64,000 nucleotides of DNA from Monocercomonoides exilis PA203 (lineage: Eukaryota > Protista > Preaxostyla): the NCBI GenBank assembly GCA_001643675.2, contig LSRY02000017.1:1364001-1428000 (forward strand). The letters are read 5' to 3'. Of the stretch, positions 29,688 through 40,348 are shown piece after piece (the stretch's first letter is position 1; each line of letters begins with the position of its first letter). The notes under the pieces were generated by a model that had not been told where the DNA came from, did not search any database, and was given only the letters and a program-made list of their open reading frames with translations. The position numbers and the translations under genes are program-made.

Positions 29688-29974
29688 TTCTCGCTAATTC
29701 AAATTTAAAATGTTGAAATTTGATTGTATATCATAAAAACAATAAAAGCAAATGTAACGATATATTTGTAATAATCAAAATATTTGGAAACCCCGTTTTT
29801 GGGCGATAATCTATGTTCTCAATTTTTTTATATTGGGAACCTCATTCTCAAATATCAATTTTTATGTATCCAACAAATTGTTTGAATGCTAATGGACTAA
29901 TTTCATAAACCTTTTCTTATTTTTTCTCACCAACATAGTAATGGGAATCAGTTAGGATTACAGATCAATCAATT

Positions 29975-32924
29975 ATGAAACGATCTGGAGTAAAAACAAC
30001 TGTTGGTAAAAAATCCCAAGCAAAACCTGTAGCAGTGTGTACATGTTTTGATTATTTGTTGTTTATTATTTTATATTTTTCTGAATTATTTTGTTATCTG
30101 TTTGAAATAATTTATGCACCTGTTTCGTTTGTTTCAAAGGGCAAGTCACCAGCTGAAGGCCCATATTCACCAATGAAAACGCCTATGACGGCAACAGGCT
30201 TTGGTCCATCTAAGTTTAGCCAATTTGAACAAGTTTGAATATTTCATTTTATTTTTAAAAAATATTTGTTATGTTTTACGTGTTATGTGAATTTATTGGC
30301 ATTGCACGCAATTTGCAATAACCATTTTCACAGAAAACAATTATTGAAAAACCACCAAATCAACTTGATTTGACAGATGCGGAACTCGCTGAAGAAATTC
30401 AACTCATGTTAAACACCACTGATTCGTTTATTCCAACAAATATTGTACGATATAGTAACAAAGATAGAGCATATAAACTTGACACAAGCACTACACATAC
30501 AAGAACTCATTTTTCTTTGGATTCAAGATGCACTTACAGAGATCCTTTGGCATACAGTGGAGGAGATGGAGAAAAAGGAACTAGCACATCAACAGCATCT
30601 ACTTCCACTTCTACTGCTCCACGTCTATTGAATGCTTTTAATATTTCTGCAATTGGAGCTCAAACAACAAATTTCGCTTTGAAAGATCGTCTTGTTGATA
30701 CAGATCCAATTGAATTTCAAGATTTTTCATTCACTGTTACACAATGGGAAATATTTGATTCATACATGCAAGATCAAGAAAGGCAAAAAGCAGAAAGAGA
30801 TCAAAAATCCAAGCGTCCAGGAATTGGAAAGAAAGGAGCCGGAGGAGCTGGAGGAGCAAGTGGAATAATGGGAGCTGCAACAGGATCAGCTCCGTTGATA
30901 CCCATCCCTCGCCCAATTCCGATGCCTTCGTCTGCAGTTGCCCCGAGCGGTGGTGGCGTGCTCACAAGCGATGCTGCGACTGGCGTGGATGCCATCAGTG
31001 GCAGCAGCAGTGCAATCGCTTCTTCGTCATCAACGCCTTCTTCACAGCTGGGTGTGACGACCATTCCAACTGCAGCGTCACTTGCTGCATCGAGCACAGG
31101 CGCGTCTGGCAGCGGGCTTCCGACGAACATCGCGTTTGAGACTGATCCGGATGTGCTGCGGACGCTGCAAGTGCTGGAGAGGATGACACTTCAGAACACA
31201 TACGATGTTATTTCCGAAGACTTCAAATTCTGGGAAGATCCCTCAGACCCCACAAAGGGCGATGCTGGCTCGCTGCTTCCGCTGTGGCTATTCACACCAG
31301 CAAAGAAGGAGGCAAAGCGGAAGTCCACCACTTGCCTTGCGTGGCATCCAAAATACCCCGATTTCTTTGCTGTTGGTTATGGCTCATTCGAATTTAATAA
31401 GCAAGGAATTGGTGCTGTGGCTGTGTATACACTGAAGAACCACTTGAATCCTGAATATTTCTTCACTTTTGATTCTGGTGTTATGTCAATTGATTGGAAC
31501 CCAATGGTTTGTGGAATGCTTGACACAAACATTTTTTTTGAAATTCTTAAATGAATTTGAATTTATTTCACTATCAATTTTTATTATCATACATCAATTT
31601 TGTTACTTTTTTTCTCAAAACATATGTTTTTTTCTTGTTATTGTGCTTTATCATTTATGTAATTTCAACTTTCATATTTCATCTTGTATCTATATTTGAA
31701 TGACTAATCACACAGCATCCACCATACATGGCAGTCGGTCTTTCAAACGGTATTGTTCTCTCATTTGACATACGGTCGATGTCATCCACGTTGTCTGTCT
31801 CGAAGATCGACTTCAGCCGAAGGAAAGGAGAAGTCAAAGGAAAACACACAGACTCAGTCTGGGCTACTTTGTGGGAAGACTCGTCGCTGCCGTTCACAGC
31901 TGATGAGGATGATGAGATTATGAGGGGACCGCCAAAGAAGAGAGAAGAGGGAGATTTGGATGATATGAAGAAGGAGAAGATGCATGATGACAGAGACAAA
32001 GATGAGAAGGAGAAGGAGAAGGAGAAAGTGAAATCAACCACAGCCACGCCAGGTATTATGAGTGGAGAGGAGCCGTCGAGCAGCGCAGGAAGAAGCGGTG
32101 TGGGACAAGTTCTGACAGTCAGCGGGGATGGAAGAGTGACAAGGTGGAGAAGAGAGAAAGACCGGATGATGCCAAGAGACGTGATGCTGATCAAGGCGAA
32201 TGATGAGACGCTGGATGCGATAGCAGCTGACGGGGCAGACGAAGGCGATGCGGCCTCTTCGTCGTCATCGTCTTCTGCGACGTCAGCGTCGATGTCTGTG
32301 GACTCGTCCATCATCTTCTCGCAGACGGTGTCTGGGTGCACGTGCCTGGACATCCACCCGACGCGCACACACCTCATCCTCATCGGTACAGAGGAAGGGT
32401 ACATCCACAAGTGCACCAAATCCTACAGCGGCGAGTGTCTGCAGATCTACAAGGCGCACAAGATGCCTGTCTACTCGGTCAAGTGGAATGCCATCCACCC
32501 GCGCGTCTTCCTCTCCTCAGGCGCCGACTGGTCTGTCTTCCTCTGGGACCATTCTCTTCCGGAGCCTCAGCTCACGTTCTCGCTCGGAGCAAGTGTGGGC
32601 GATGTTGCGTGGGCGCCGTTCTCTTCCACCATATTTGCTGCGTGCACGTCAGAGGGCAAGGTGTTTGTGTATGATCTGAATGTCAACAGACAGGAGCCAC
32701 TGTGCGAGCAGCTGGTTGTGAAGAACGTCAAGCTCACAAAAATTGCTTTTTCACGTTTTGACCCTGTTCTTATTGTCGGTGATGAGAAAGGCAACGTGCA
32801 CTCTTTCAAATTATCTCCTAATTTGCGCCGCTCTTTCAATGAAAAACCTTCACATGAGGAAGAGATTGATCATATGGAAAGAGTTTTGGAATATGCCACT
32901 AGATGCAAAGAAGCTGGAATGTAA
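29975..32924 (+). CDS. DNAI1: Axonemal outer-arm dynein intermediate chain 1 (IC78), multi-exon
   Basis: LERMTLQNTYDVISEDFKFWEDPSD...GSLLPLW, DFFAVGYGSFEF, GTEEGYIHKC and FKLSPNLRR. Confidence 0.88.
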
Positions 32925-33075
32925 AATCTAATTTTTAATTAAATCTTGTCTCAATTGCTTCTTCTTTTGAACTTTTTCATCTCCAAATCAAATCATTACG
33001 TTAATCATCAAAATGCTATATTTTTTTCTTATCGATAATTTATTTGTATTCTTGATCTTTTCCATCATTTTTTCA

Positions 33076-33613
33076 ATGGGAATAAAAAAATATATTGTTC
33101 TCGATTTGATATTCGCATCAATTCTATTGGGCTGTGGAATTTATTTTTTGGTCGAAACATTTTTAATAAAAGTTGATCAAAATGACTATTTGATTGGTTC
33201 TCGTTTGTCGCCTGCAAAGCGAGTTCTAAAGATAATTGACAGACCTGAATTTGTTTCGTCGTGCATACTTATTGCTGGCGGACTGGTTATCCTTGTTGTT
33301 ATGTATGGCACATTTTCAATCTTATTCGTTCAATAATTTTCTGCAAATATGAAATTTAGGCAATCAGTTGCATAACTTATACCCATTGACGTTAGCACTT
33401 CATTACATATTTATTTTTGCGGAACTACTAATTTCGATTAATTTCCTTATTCCATGTTATTGCTTTCAGGTTTGTTTTTTCTTTTGGAAAAATATTTTTT
33501 TATCAATTTTCATTCAACATTTCGAAATGTTTATGCTTTTCTTTTATCAAGATACCCTGTATCATATTTGACAAACCATTTATTTCACATTTTGTTAATG
33601 TACTCTTTGGAAA

Positions 33614-33644
<31 letters not shown>

Positions 33645-33731
33645 CACTTGTTTGCTTCTCATATTCGAAAGATTTCTGAAAAAAGTTTGTTGAGTCAATT
33701 CAAAAGAATCAATTTCAAAATATTATCATGA
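33076..33731 (+). CDS. Small multi-TM hypothetical protein, multi-exon (first intron ambiguous)
   Basis: Hydrophobic exon 1 (MGIKKYIVLDLIFASILLGCG...) and downstream exon-like segments with GT/AG boundaries ending at TGA 33729-33731. Confidence 0.45.
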
Positions 33732-33854
33732 GTCAAAGTGTATTAATTCGTTTTGAAATTTTTTAAGCACGATATTTTTTCACTCTATTTGTTAAAGATT
33801 GTTTCTTGAAACAATTGATCATTTTAACTATAATAAAGTATTTTTGAAATTATA

Positions 33855-34659
33855 ATGCGTCTCACCGTCGAATTTCTGCAAAAAGCAGATTCGTTTTTTA
33901 ATCCTTGTGGAGAAAGACAGCTAAATCTCAGAGGTTTGCTTGTAATTAGTTAGATCTTTCAAATCATAATGCGTTTCATTTTCGTTTTGAATATTTCTCG
34001 TTAAAAGGTTTTAAAATTCCTGCAATCGAAAATTTCGGGGTTTTAAGGGTTTAAAACTCGTTTTATTTTAAATTTGAAAGAAATCAATTTTCTTATAGGA
34101 CGCATTTGACGCAGTTGATCTCACAGATAATGTTATTCGAGTTCTTGGAGGATTTCCAACTTCTTATCGGCTAAAGGCTCTCCTTCTTTCTAGAAACGAG
34201 ATTTCACATATTTCTCCAAATTTGCGTGAGCAAGTTCCAAAACTTGACACTTTAGTTCTTTCGCAAAATAAAATTGAAGATAGAAATGAGCTTAATTCTC
34301 TTGTTGGAATGCCAATTACGAGATTAGTTCTTATGGGAAATCCTATTGCCGAACAGCAAAATTATAGGTTGTATGTAGCTCATCTTCTTCCATTGTTAAA
34401 GGTTCTGGATTTTCAAAAAATTACTCAATCGGTTTGTGAAACTCTTTTTTTTACAAGAAACTGATTTATCCTTCAAACATATCACAATATCTAGGAAAGG
34501 CAGCAGGCTGAAGCTTTATTTGGAAAGTCTCCTTTTCCTACTGATTTAACGTCAGCTCGTCCGAAACCTTTAAGGAAGAAAGATACTCCTTCTATGACAT
34601 CAAGCAGTGCGTTCACTCCTGGTGAATTTGCATCTGCTTCAAGCAGTTCGACAAAATAA
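33855..34659 (+). CDS. SNRPA1: U2 snRNP protein A' (LRR), 4 exons
   Basis: MRLTVEFL...NPCGERQLNLRG|FKIPAIENFG...DAVDLTDNVIR...NYRLYV...LKVLDFQKI|ERQQAEALF after splicing three GT-AG introns. Confidence 0.92.
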
Positions 34660-34806
34660 ACATCTGCTGTTTTCAATCATTTCATCACATTTCGCTTTTA
34701 TTTTGATATGTATTTCTGGGTTTACAACAGTTCAGTTTAAACGATTCTGAAGAACGTTTTCTTTCTTTAATAAAACAGTGTAAAGGAAAAAGCAAAGATG
34801 AAATGG

Positions 34807-35528
34807 TTAAGCAAATTTTACAGCCTTTAATTTTCCACTTGAATCCTTCACTAGAGCACATTTTCCTTGAGAGGACATCAATTCTAATATCTCAGAAAAC
34901 ATCGCTTCGTCTGTTCCAACAAATTCCGAGTGCGTGGAGACTTCCTTGTTAAGCAATTCAAATACGGTCATGACAGATCCGCTCAATCTGTTTGTTTCCA
35001 CCCATTTTGAAACAATCGTAACCCATTCTGGAATTGTTCTCCATAGTATCAATGCGACTATGTGTGTATCATCTGCCCATTTTGCATTTCCTTAAATTTT
35101 ATATTATTTTTCACATTTCATTGAAATTATCGGAAAATATTGTCATTTGAATTACAAAAATAATAAGAAATAACCTTTTTCCACTAATGAATCGATAATT
35201 ATTCTTACAGTTGATATTGATAACTTTCCTTGGAAAAAAAAGCATTTTTGATGTTAAATATAAAAAAGCACACTCTGAATTTTTCTATTATTAAACAATT
35301 CCATTGATTCTATTTCATTAAGATCTAATCGTTGTAGACCGAAATGTTTGCAGTATTTTAAAATCAAATCTTGCCAAGAGTCAATCTGTTTTGTTCTAAC
35401 TGACACAACCTTTTGTAATCTTTCAAAAAGTTTGTTCTTAAAAAAAGCACTTCAATAAAAAATGCAACTTCATACGTGAAAAAAGGTGGAAGATGATAAA
35501 AAGTTGGAAAAGTGAAATGTTTAGACAT
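34807..35528 (-). CDS. VPS25: ESCRT-II subunit VPS25, 4 exons
   Basis: MSKHFTFPTFYHLPPFFT|LQ...QIDSWQDLILKYC...LFNNRKI|RKLS...GNAKW...LILWRTIPEW...AVKF. Most exons are absent from the ORF track. Confidence 0.92.
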
Positions 35529-35622
35529 AAAAATTGTTTATGGTTAATTCTTTTGAAAGGCAAAAAGGTTATGGTTACTAATAATTTTTATGTTGATATA
35601 CGTTTGACGACTTTTTGAATAA

Positions 35623-36430
35623 ATGGTGTGAACGCAGTTGATTCTTCTAAATACTGAATTTTGTTCATGAATTTTGATGCTCGCACCTCATCTGATGCTG
35701 ATGATTCATTTCATCATTTCTTTTAATATTTCAGTTTTGTTCGAGCAATTTGAAGTTTCAGAATAAACCTTTTGATCCTTCACATTACATCAAATCTCCA
35801 GAGTCATTAACAAGTTCGAGTTCATTTTTTAATTCTGCTGTGGATAATTATTTTCGTTTTTGTTATTGGTTTTTTTTTTTAAGATCTTGCTGAAAAAGCA
35901 AATTTATATAATGAAAAGGGAAGAGAAAAAATATTGAAAATTATTCTGAATTGCGTTTCAACACTTGACGATGATTCTTTTATTTTTTCTGTACAAAGTG
36001 GTTTTATTGGTATTGTTCAAGCTTTGATTGGAAAAGGGAAAAATGCATCGAGTTGCTTAGCCCTTCAAATTCTAGATGTTGTTGCTCTAAGAGGTGCAAG
36101 TCTTTCAAGGAGACAAGAATGGAACATGTTTTATAGCTCGTTTTACCTTCATGATACATATGAAAATCTAAAATTTCTTCTGAGGGATGAGGTTCATTCT
36201 TCGTTTGATGTTAAATCTATTGTAAGCAGAATAATTATTGCAAGTGAAAAATGCTGTGCATTAGAAATTGACGATCTAAAACTTTTCAACAACTTACTTA
36301 CAACTCATCTAAAAGTTTTTGAAACATCACTAAGAGAAGGCACTTATAATAAAGCAAAAAGTGATAATGATAATACTGTTTTATCTATTCTTCGTGCAAT
36401 TTCAATATTGTGTATTTTGCCAGGTTTGTA

Positions 36431-36466
<36 letters not shown>

Positions 36467-37446
36467 TTTTTGTTTTTGTTTTTGTTTAATTTTCAGTTTA
36501 ATTGTTTATTCGTATACTGTTTTGAATAGAAAATGCATCTATGATTTCAATGAATTTAATCCAGCAATATGCAATATCTTTTTTGGCTTGTGATTCTGCG
36601 ATTATTGTTTCATCTGTTCTGCAATTGCTTACTGAAATGTGTTTGAAATCGAAACAAGTTGTGGAAAGTTTAATTTCGAAGTATTCCATTTTTGACATAA
36701 TTGATTCTATTCTACCTGGAGGTGAAAAAACGGAAGAATTAAAACATAACGACAGCATTGACATTGAAATGCTAAGGGAGCAGTTGGCCTCTCTTTCAAC
36801 AACAATCAAAGTTCCTTATCCGCAGTGGAATTTGTTCTCTGAACGTTTTAGTAAGCCAACTGTTCAAAAATTACACTTATCTATTGTATCTTCTCCTTCT
36901 GTCATAACATCAGCACTTAACCTTGCAAATTGTCTTGCTCTTTCTTCATATTCAGTCATTCAGCCTATGGTCGAGCAACATTCATTGCTAATGAAGCTGA
37001 TATGGTTATCTTCCGTTACAACTTTGTCGCCTTGTCTAATTCGATGTTTTGATGAATCTGAGCCAGGTTGGCAACCAAAACCGGTGATGGCAACTTGGCG
37101 TAGTATTTCCTGTCAAATGTTAAGTCACATGTGCCAATGGGGAACGGCTGAACAATTGAATAGGATGCATCAGATGGGTGGTGAGAGCGCATTAGCGGAA
37201 AGGATGAACGAGGAGAGTGATGCAGTTGCTGTAATTCATTCGCTTTATGGGCTGCTAAATTTACTTTATCGTTTAAAAACTGCCACAACCAGACGAGCAC
37301 AAAAGGTTTATGTGGAATGCTTGAAACGAATGGAAGAAGATGGAATTGAAGATTCGATTGATGCTTTGTTGCATCATCCAGTAAATGATATTAAATTTAA
37401 AGCAAATCAATTTCTAAAGTTTTTTAGGGAATCTGTTGTGAAGTGA
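35623..37446 (+). CDS. Hypothetical ARM/HEAT-like helical protein, multi-exon; start uncertain (ATG-only first exon inferred)
   Basis: ORFs 35934-36431 and 36541-37446 are linked by a poly(T)-containing intron. The C-terminus MEEDGIEDSIDALLHHPVNDIKFKANQFL resembles an ARM-repeat terminus. Confidence 0.55.
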
Positions 37447-37786
37447 AATATCGCAATGTTAAGGCTATGAAATTTTCAATGAATACTTCATATTTTAAAT
37501 TAAAATATAACGTTTTTTATTTTTGCCATGGTTTTTTTTAACATATTGCAATAATTTTTAAAGTGTTTGTTTATAAATTTATTTAAATAAATGCTTAAAT
37601 GATTTATTTTGCATTGGTGCGTATATTTCTCATTTTGATATGAACTCTTCTTGTCAAATTTTAATGAAAGTTATTTTTGTTGTTTTATTGGAATTTTTAA
37701 TATATGGTGCGAAAAAGATTCAAAAGAAACATCAAAAATTATGCAAAATTTATGAAAATAGCATGTTCAAGTTTTTATTTTTATTA

Positions 37787-39144
37787 TCATTCAAATTTGT
37801 CAAATTCATCTGAACTTTTATCAACATCTTTCAAAATTTCACTGAATGTTCTTTTCACTTTTTTCTCCAAAGGCAATTCTTCTTCTTCAATTTCCTTTTC
37901 TTTTTCAACATGGGTAATTATTTTTGAAATCATAACTTTTTTCGGGGTGATAACTTTTCTTGTGTTATAAGTCTTTGAGAAGAGATTTTGAATTCAAATG
38001 AAATATTCATAATATCTGTTTCAAAAACATATTTTCAAGCTGAAATAAAGAAAAGCATTTATTGGATTAGAAAGTTCTCTTTTCAGTGTTCATTTACGAA
38101 TATTCAGAAGAAATTTTCTAACCGAAATTTTTGACAATAAAAATAATTTCAAAAATAATTACCCACATTTTCTTCATTTTTTCATCTTGTGTTTTACATT
38201 ATCCTTATCCCATTCATCGAGAAGATTTTCTTTTGTAATTTCCTTTCCAAAAAACCCAAAACAAAGAGAATGTACTGGAATGAAGTGTTGAGAAGATTCA
38301 GGAATATTCTTAAGCACAAATCCAGAACCACAGCTGAGGGTTCCGCTTATGATGAAGGCATTTTTGATGACTGATAGGGTGAATGCGGTGTGAAGGGCTT
38401 GTGGCAACACATCTGCAGCAGCTGTTCTTTTGTCAGACGATGAGGTGGATGATGGAGAACTGTAATTGTTTGAAAGCTCCGACCTCAACACTGTTAATAA
38501 GCCTTTGTCCAGCTGCCGCGAAATGTGCGTTGTATGTGGAACGAAGGTGACGACGTCTTTTTCAGCTTCCTTGAACTGTCTCCATATCGATGGACCTGCT
38601 CGGGATGAGTGTGAGTCTGGGAGAAGATGGCAACGTTGAGTTTCATTTTAAATACATTATCTTCCTTCAATTGTGGAAGGCAGTAGAACTGGCGAGGTGA
38701 ATTCATAATTTAACGATCAATCCATCAACACATTTGTTTTCGACCAAATGTCAAGCAAAGATGTAAATAGCGATGTCAGTTCTTTAAAAGTGTTATGTCT
38801 GTCGACAACACGACAGATGAAAGCGAGAAGTCATCAACATAGATTCCACCAACAGGATTTGTATTCATCATCCATTCGGCAGTTTCTTTTGGATCCAAAT
38901 TGTTCATCAGGAGGATGAGCAATAACACTACGAAATAATGCTGGAATGCGAATCGTAGATTCATCGACGCTAATGATAAATACATCAGTGTATTAATTTT
39001 CTTCGAACAACGAATGTAATTTGGTGAACCCCGGCCAAAGAACTTTCTGGAAAGATGCTGAAAGTCTGTTAATATCAACTTGCTTTGGAAGCGATAACTT
39101 AATTTCGGATGAAGCTTTTCGAAGAAATGAACTGTCTCCAACAT
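37787..39144 (-). pseudogene. Decayed pogo/Tc5/Fot1-type DDE_1 transposase, interrupted by a MITE
   Basis: Hand translation of ~38625-38460 gives LLPDSHSSR...DVVTFVPHTTHISRQLDKGLLTVLR, matching the DDE_1 pattern LLLD.H.SH...LPPHTTH.LQPLD.G. Also IYVDDFSL upstream and ALHTAFTLSVIKNAFIISG downstream. Stops and frameshifts are present. Confidence 0.75.
37912..38164. mobile_element. MITE (253 bp), GGG...CCC ends, 4-bp TSD ACAT
   Basis: TIR GGGTAATTATTTTTGAAAT / ATTTCAAAAATAATTACCC (19 bp, perfect). ACAT at 37908-37911 and 38165-38168. Confidence 0.9.
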
Positions 39145-39148
39145 AATT

Positions 39149-39149
<1 letters not shown>

Positions 39150-39199
<50 letters not shown>
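39150..39199. repeat. poly(T) tract (50 nt)
   Basis: Directly visible. Confidence 0.9.
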
Positions 39200-39359
39200 C
39201 GGAAAAGTCATCGATGTCCAGTTTTCTGTTTTGATGAATCATTTCATTATTATCGATTTTTTGCAACATATCGTAAATTCATCACATTAAAAGAAACCAT
39301 TTCGTATCTGATATTGTTTATCTTCTTTGTTCATTTTTCAGTTTTTTATTTAACAAACT

Positions 39360-39617
39360 GGGTAATTATTTTTGAAATCATATATTTTTTCGGGGTGTAG
39401 ATTTTTCAAAGATTGTTTGTTTTTAGAAAGAAAATTTTGATTCAAAAGAGAAAAAGCATGATAATTGTTTTTAAAAAACAAATATTTATACCGAATAAAA
39501 GATTATAATGTCTTCAATAAGCCTTTTCACTTTTCAACGTTCATATGTTAATATTCAAGATATATTTTAGGACCGAAAATTATTTTTGAAAAAATATGAT
39601 TTTAAAAATAATCTCCC
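39360..39617. mobile_element. Second, diverged copy of the same MITE (258 bp), 4-bp TSD AACT
   Basis: Starts GGGTAATTATTTTTGAAATCATA...TTCGGGGTG like copy 1 and ends ATGATTTTAAAAATAATCTCCC. AACT at 39356-39359 and 39618-39621. Confidence 0.88.
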
Positions 39618-39852
39618 AACTATTGTGATGAACAATTAAAAAAATCAAATGTTGAGTTTTCCAAATAAACACTCACACTTCCAACTTTTCAAATCGAACA
39701 ATATATATTTCAAATGATATCACCATTTTTTTGAAAACATTTTATTTGACAAAAAAGCAGTTCTGTTTTGGAATTTTTTTTTTGAAAATAATTTTTATTC
39801 AAAAACTTTACCGAAAAAATAAAAGCTATATCCAGGAATGGTAAATAAAAGG

Positions 39853-39855
<3 letters not shown>

Positions 39856-39913
<58 letters not shown>
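39856..39913. repeat. poly(A) tract (58 nt)
   Basis: Directly visible. Confidence 0.9.
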
Positions 39914-39915
<2 letters not shown>

Positions 39916-40348
39916 AAATTAAATTAAAATTAAAAAACAGACAGAAATTTGTTTTTATCGATTATTTATTGATTCTCAAAAAATATCAAATTTGAATGAT
40001 AGAATTTCATGTTCATAATTTGAAATGTTGTTCATAAATCTTGACTCAGACATCTTTGTACGAAAACATTTATGCTTAACAACATTATCTACAAATAATT
40101 ACAACAGCTATAATTTGTCATAATCAAATAACAGAGTTGCATCAACGAAGGATCAAGCTTCGACTAATTATCATGAGAAATATAATTTTTGAAGATCATC
40201 TTCCGAATTATTTCTATTAAAAATTTAACAATTTCTTTGATAAAATTGTATTTCTGAATTTCAGAAGAAAAAGCAAACAAAGGATACAAAAATACACAAC
40301 GCATTCTTCCATTGTTATTATTTCCATTCATATTGTTTTTCAGTTTTC

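Noticed and set aside
37912-39617. Composite transposon formed by two MITEs around the DDE_1 relic
   Set aside because: Each MITE has its own TSD (ACAT versus AACT), the outer flanks do not match, and the relic continues beyond the left MITE.
39150-39913. Long poly(T) and poly(A) tracts as retroposon tails
   Set aside because: No flanking TSD or RT/SINE body is visible. Similar tracts occur at 2293 and within an intron near 36435, and homopolymer lengths may be assembly-dependent.
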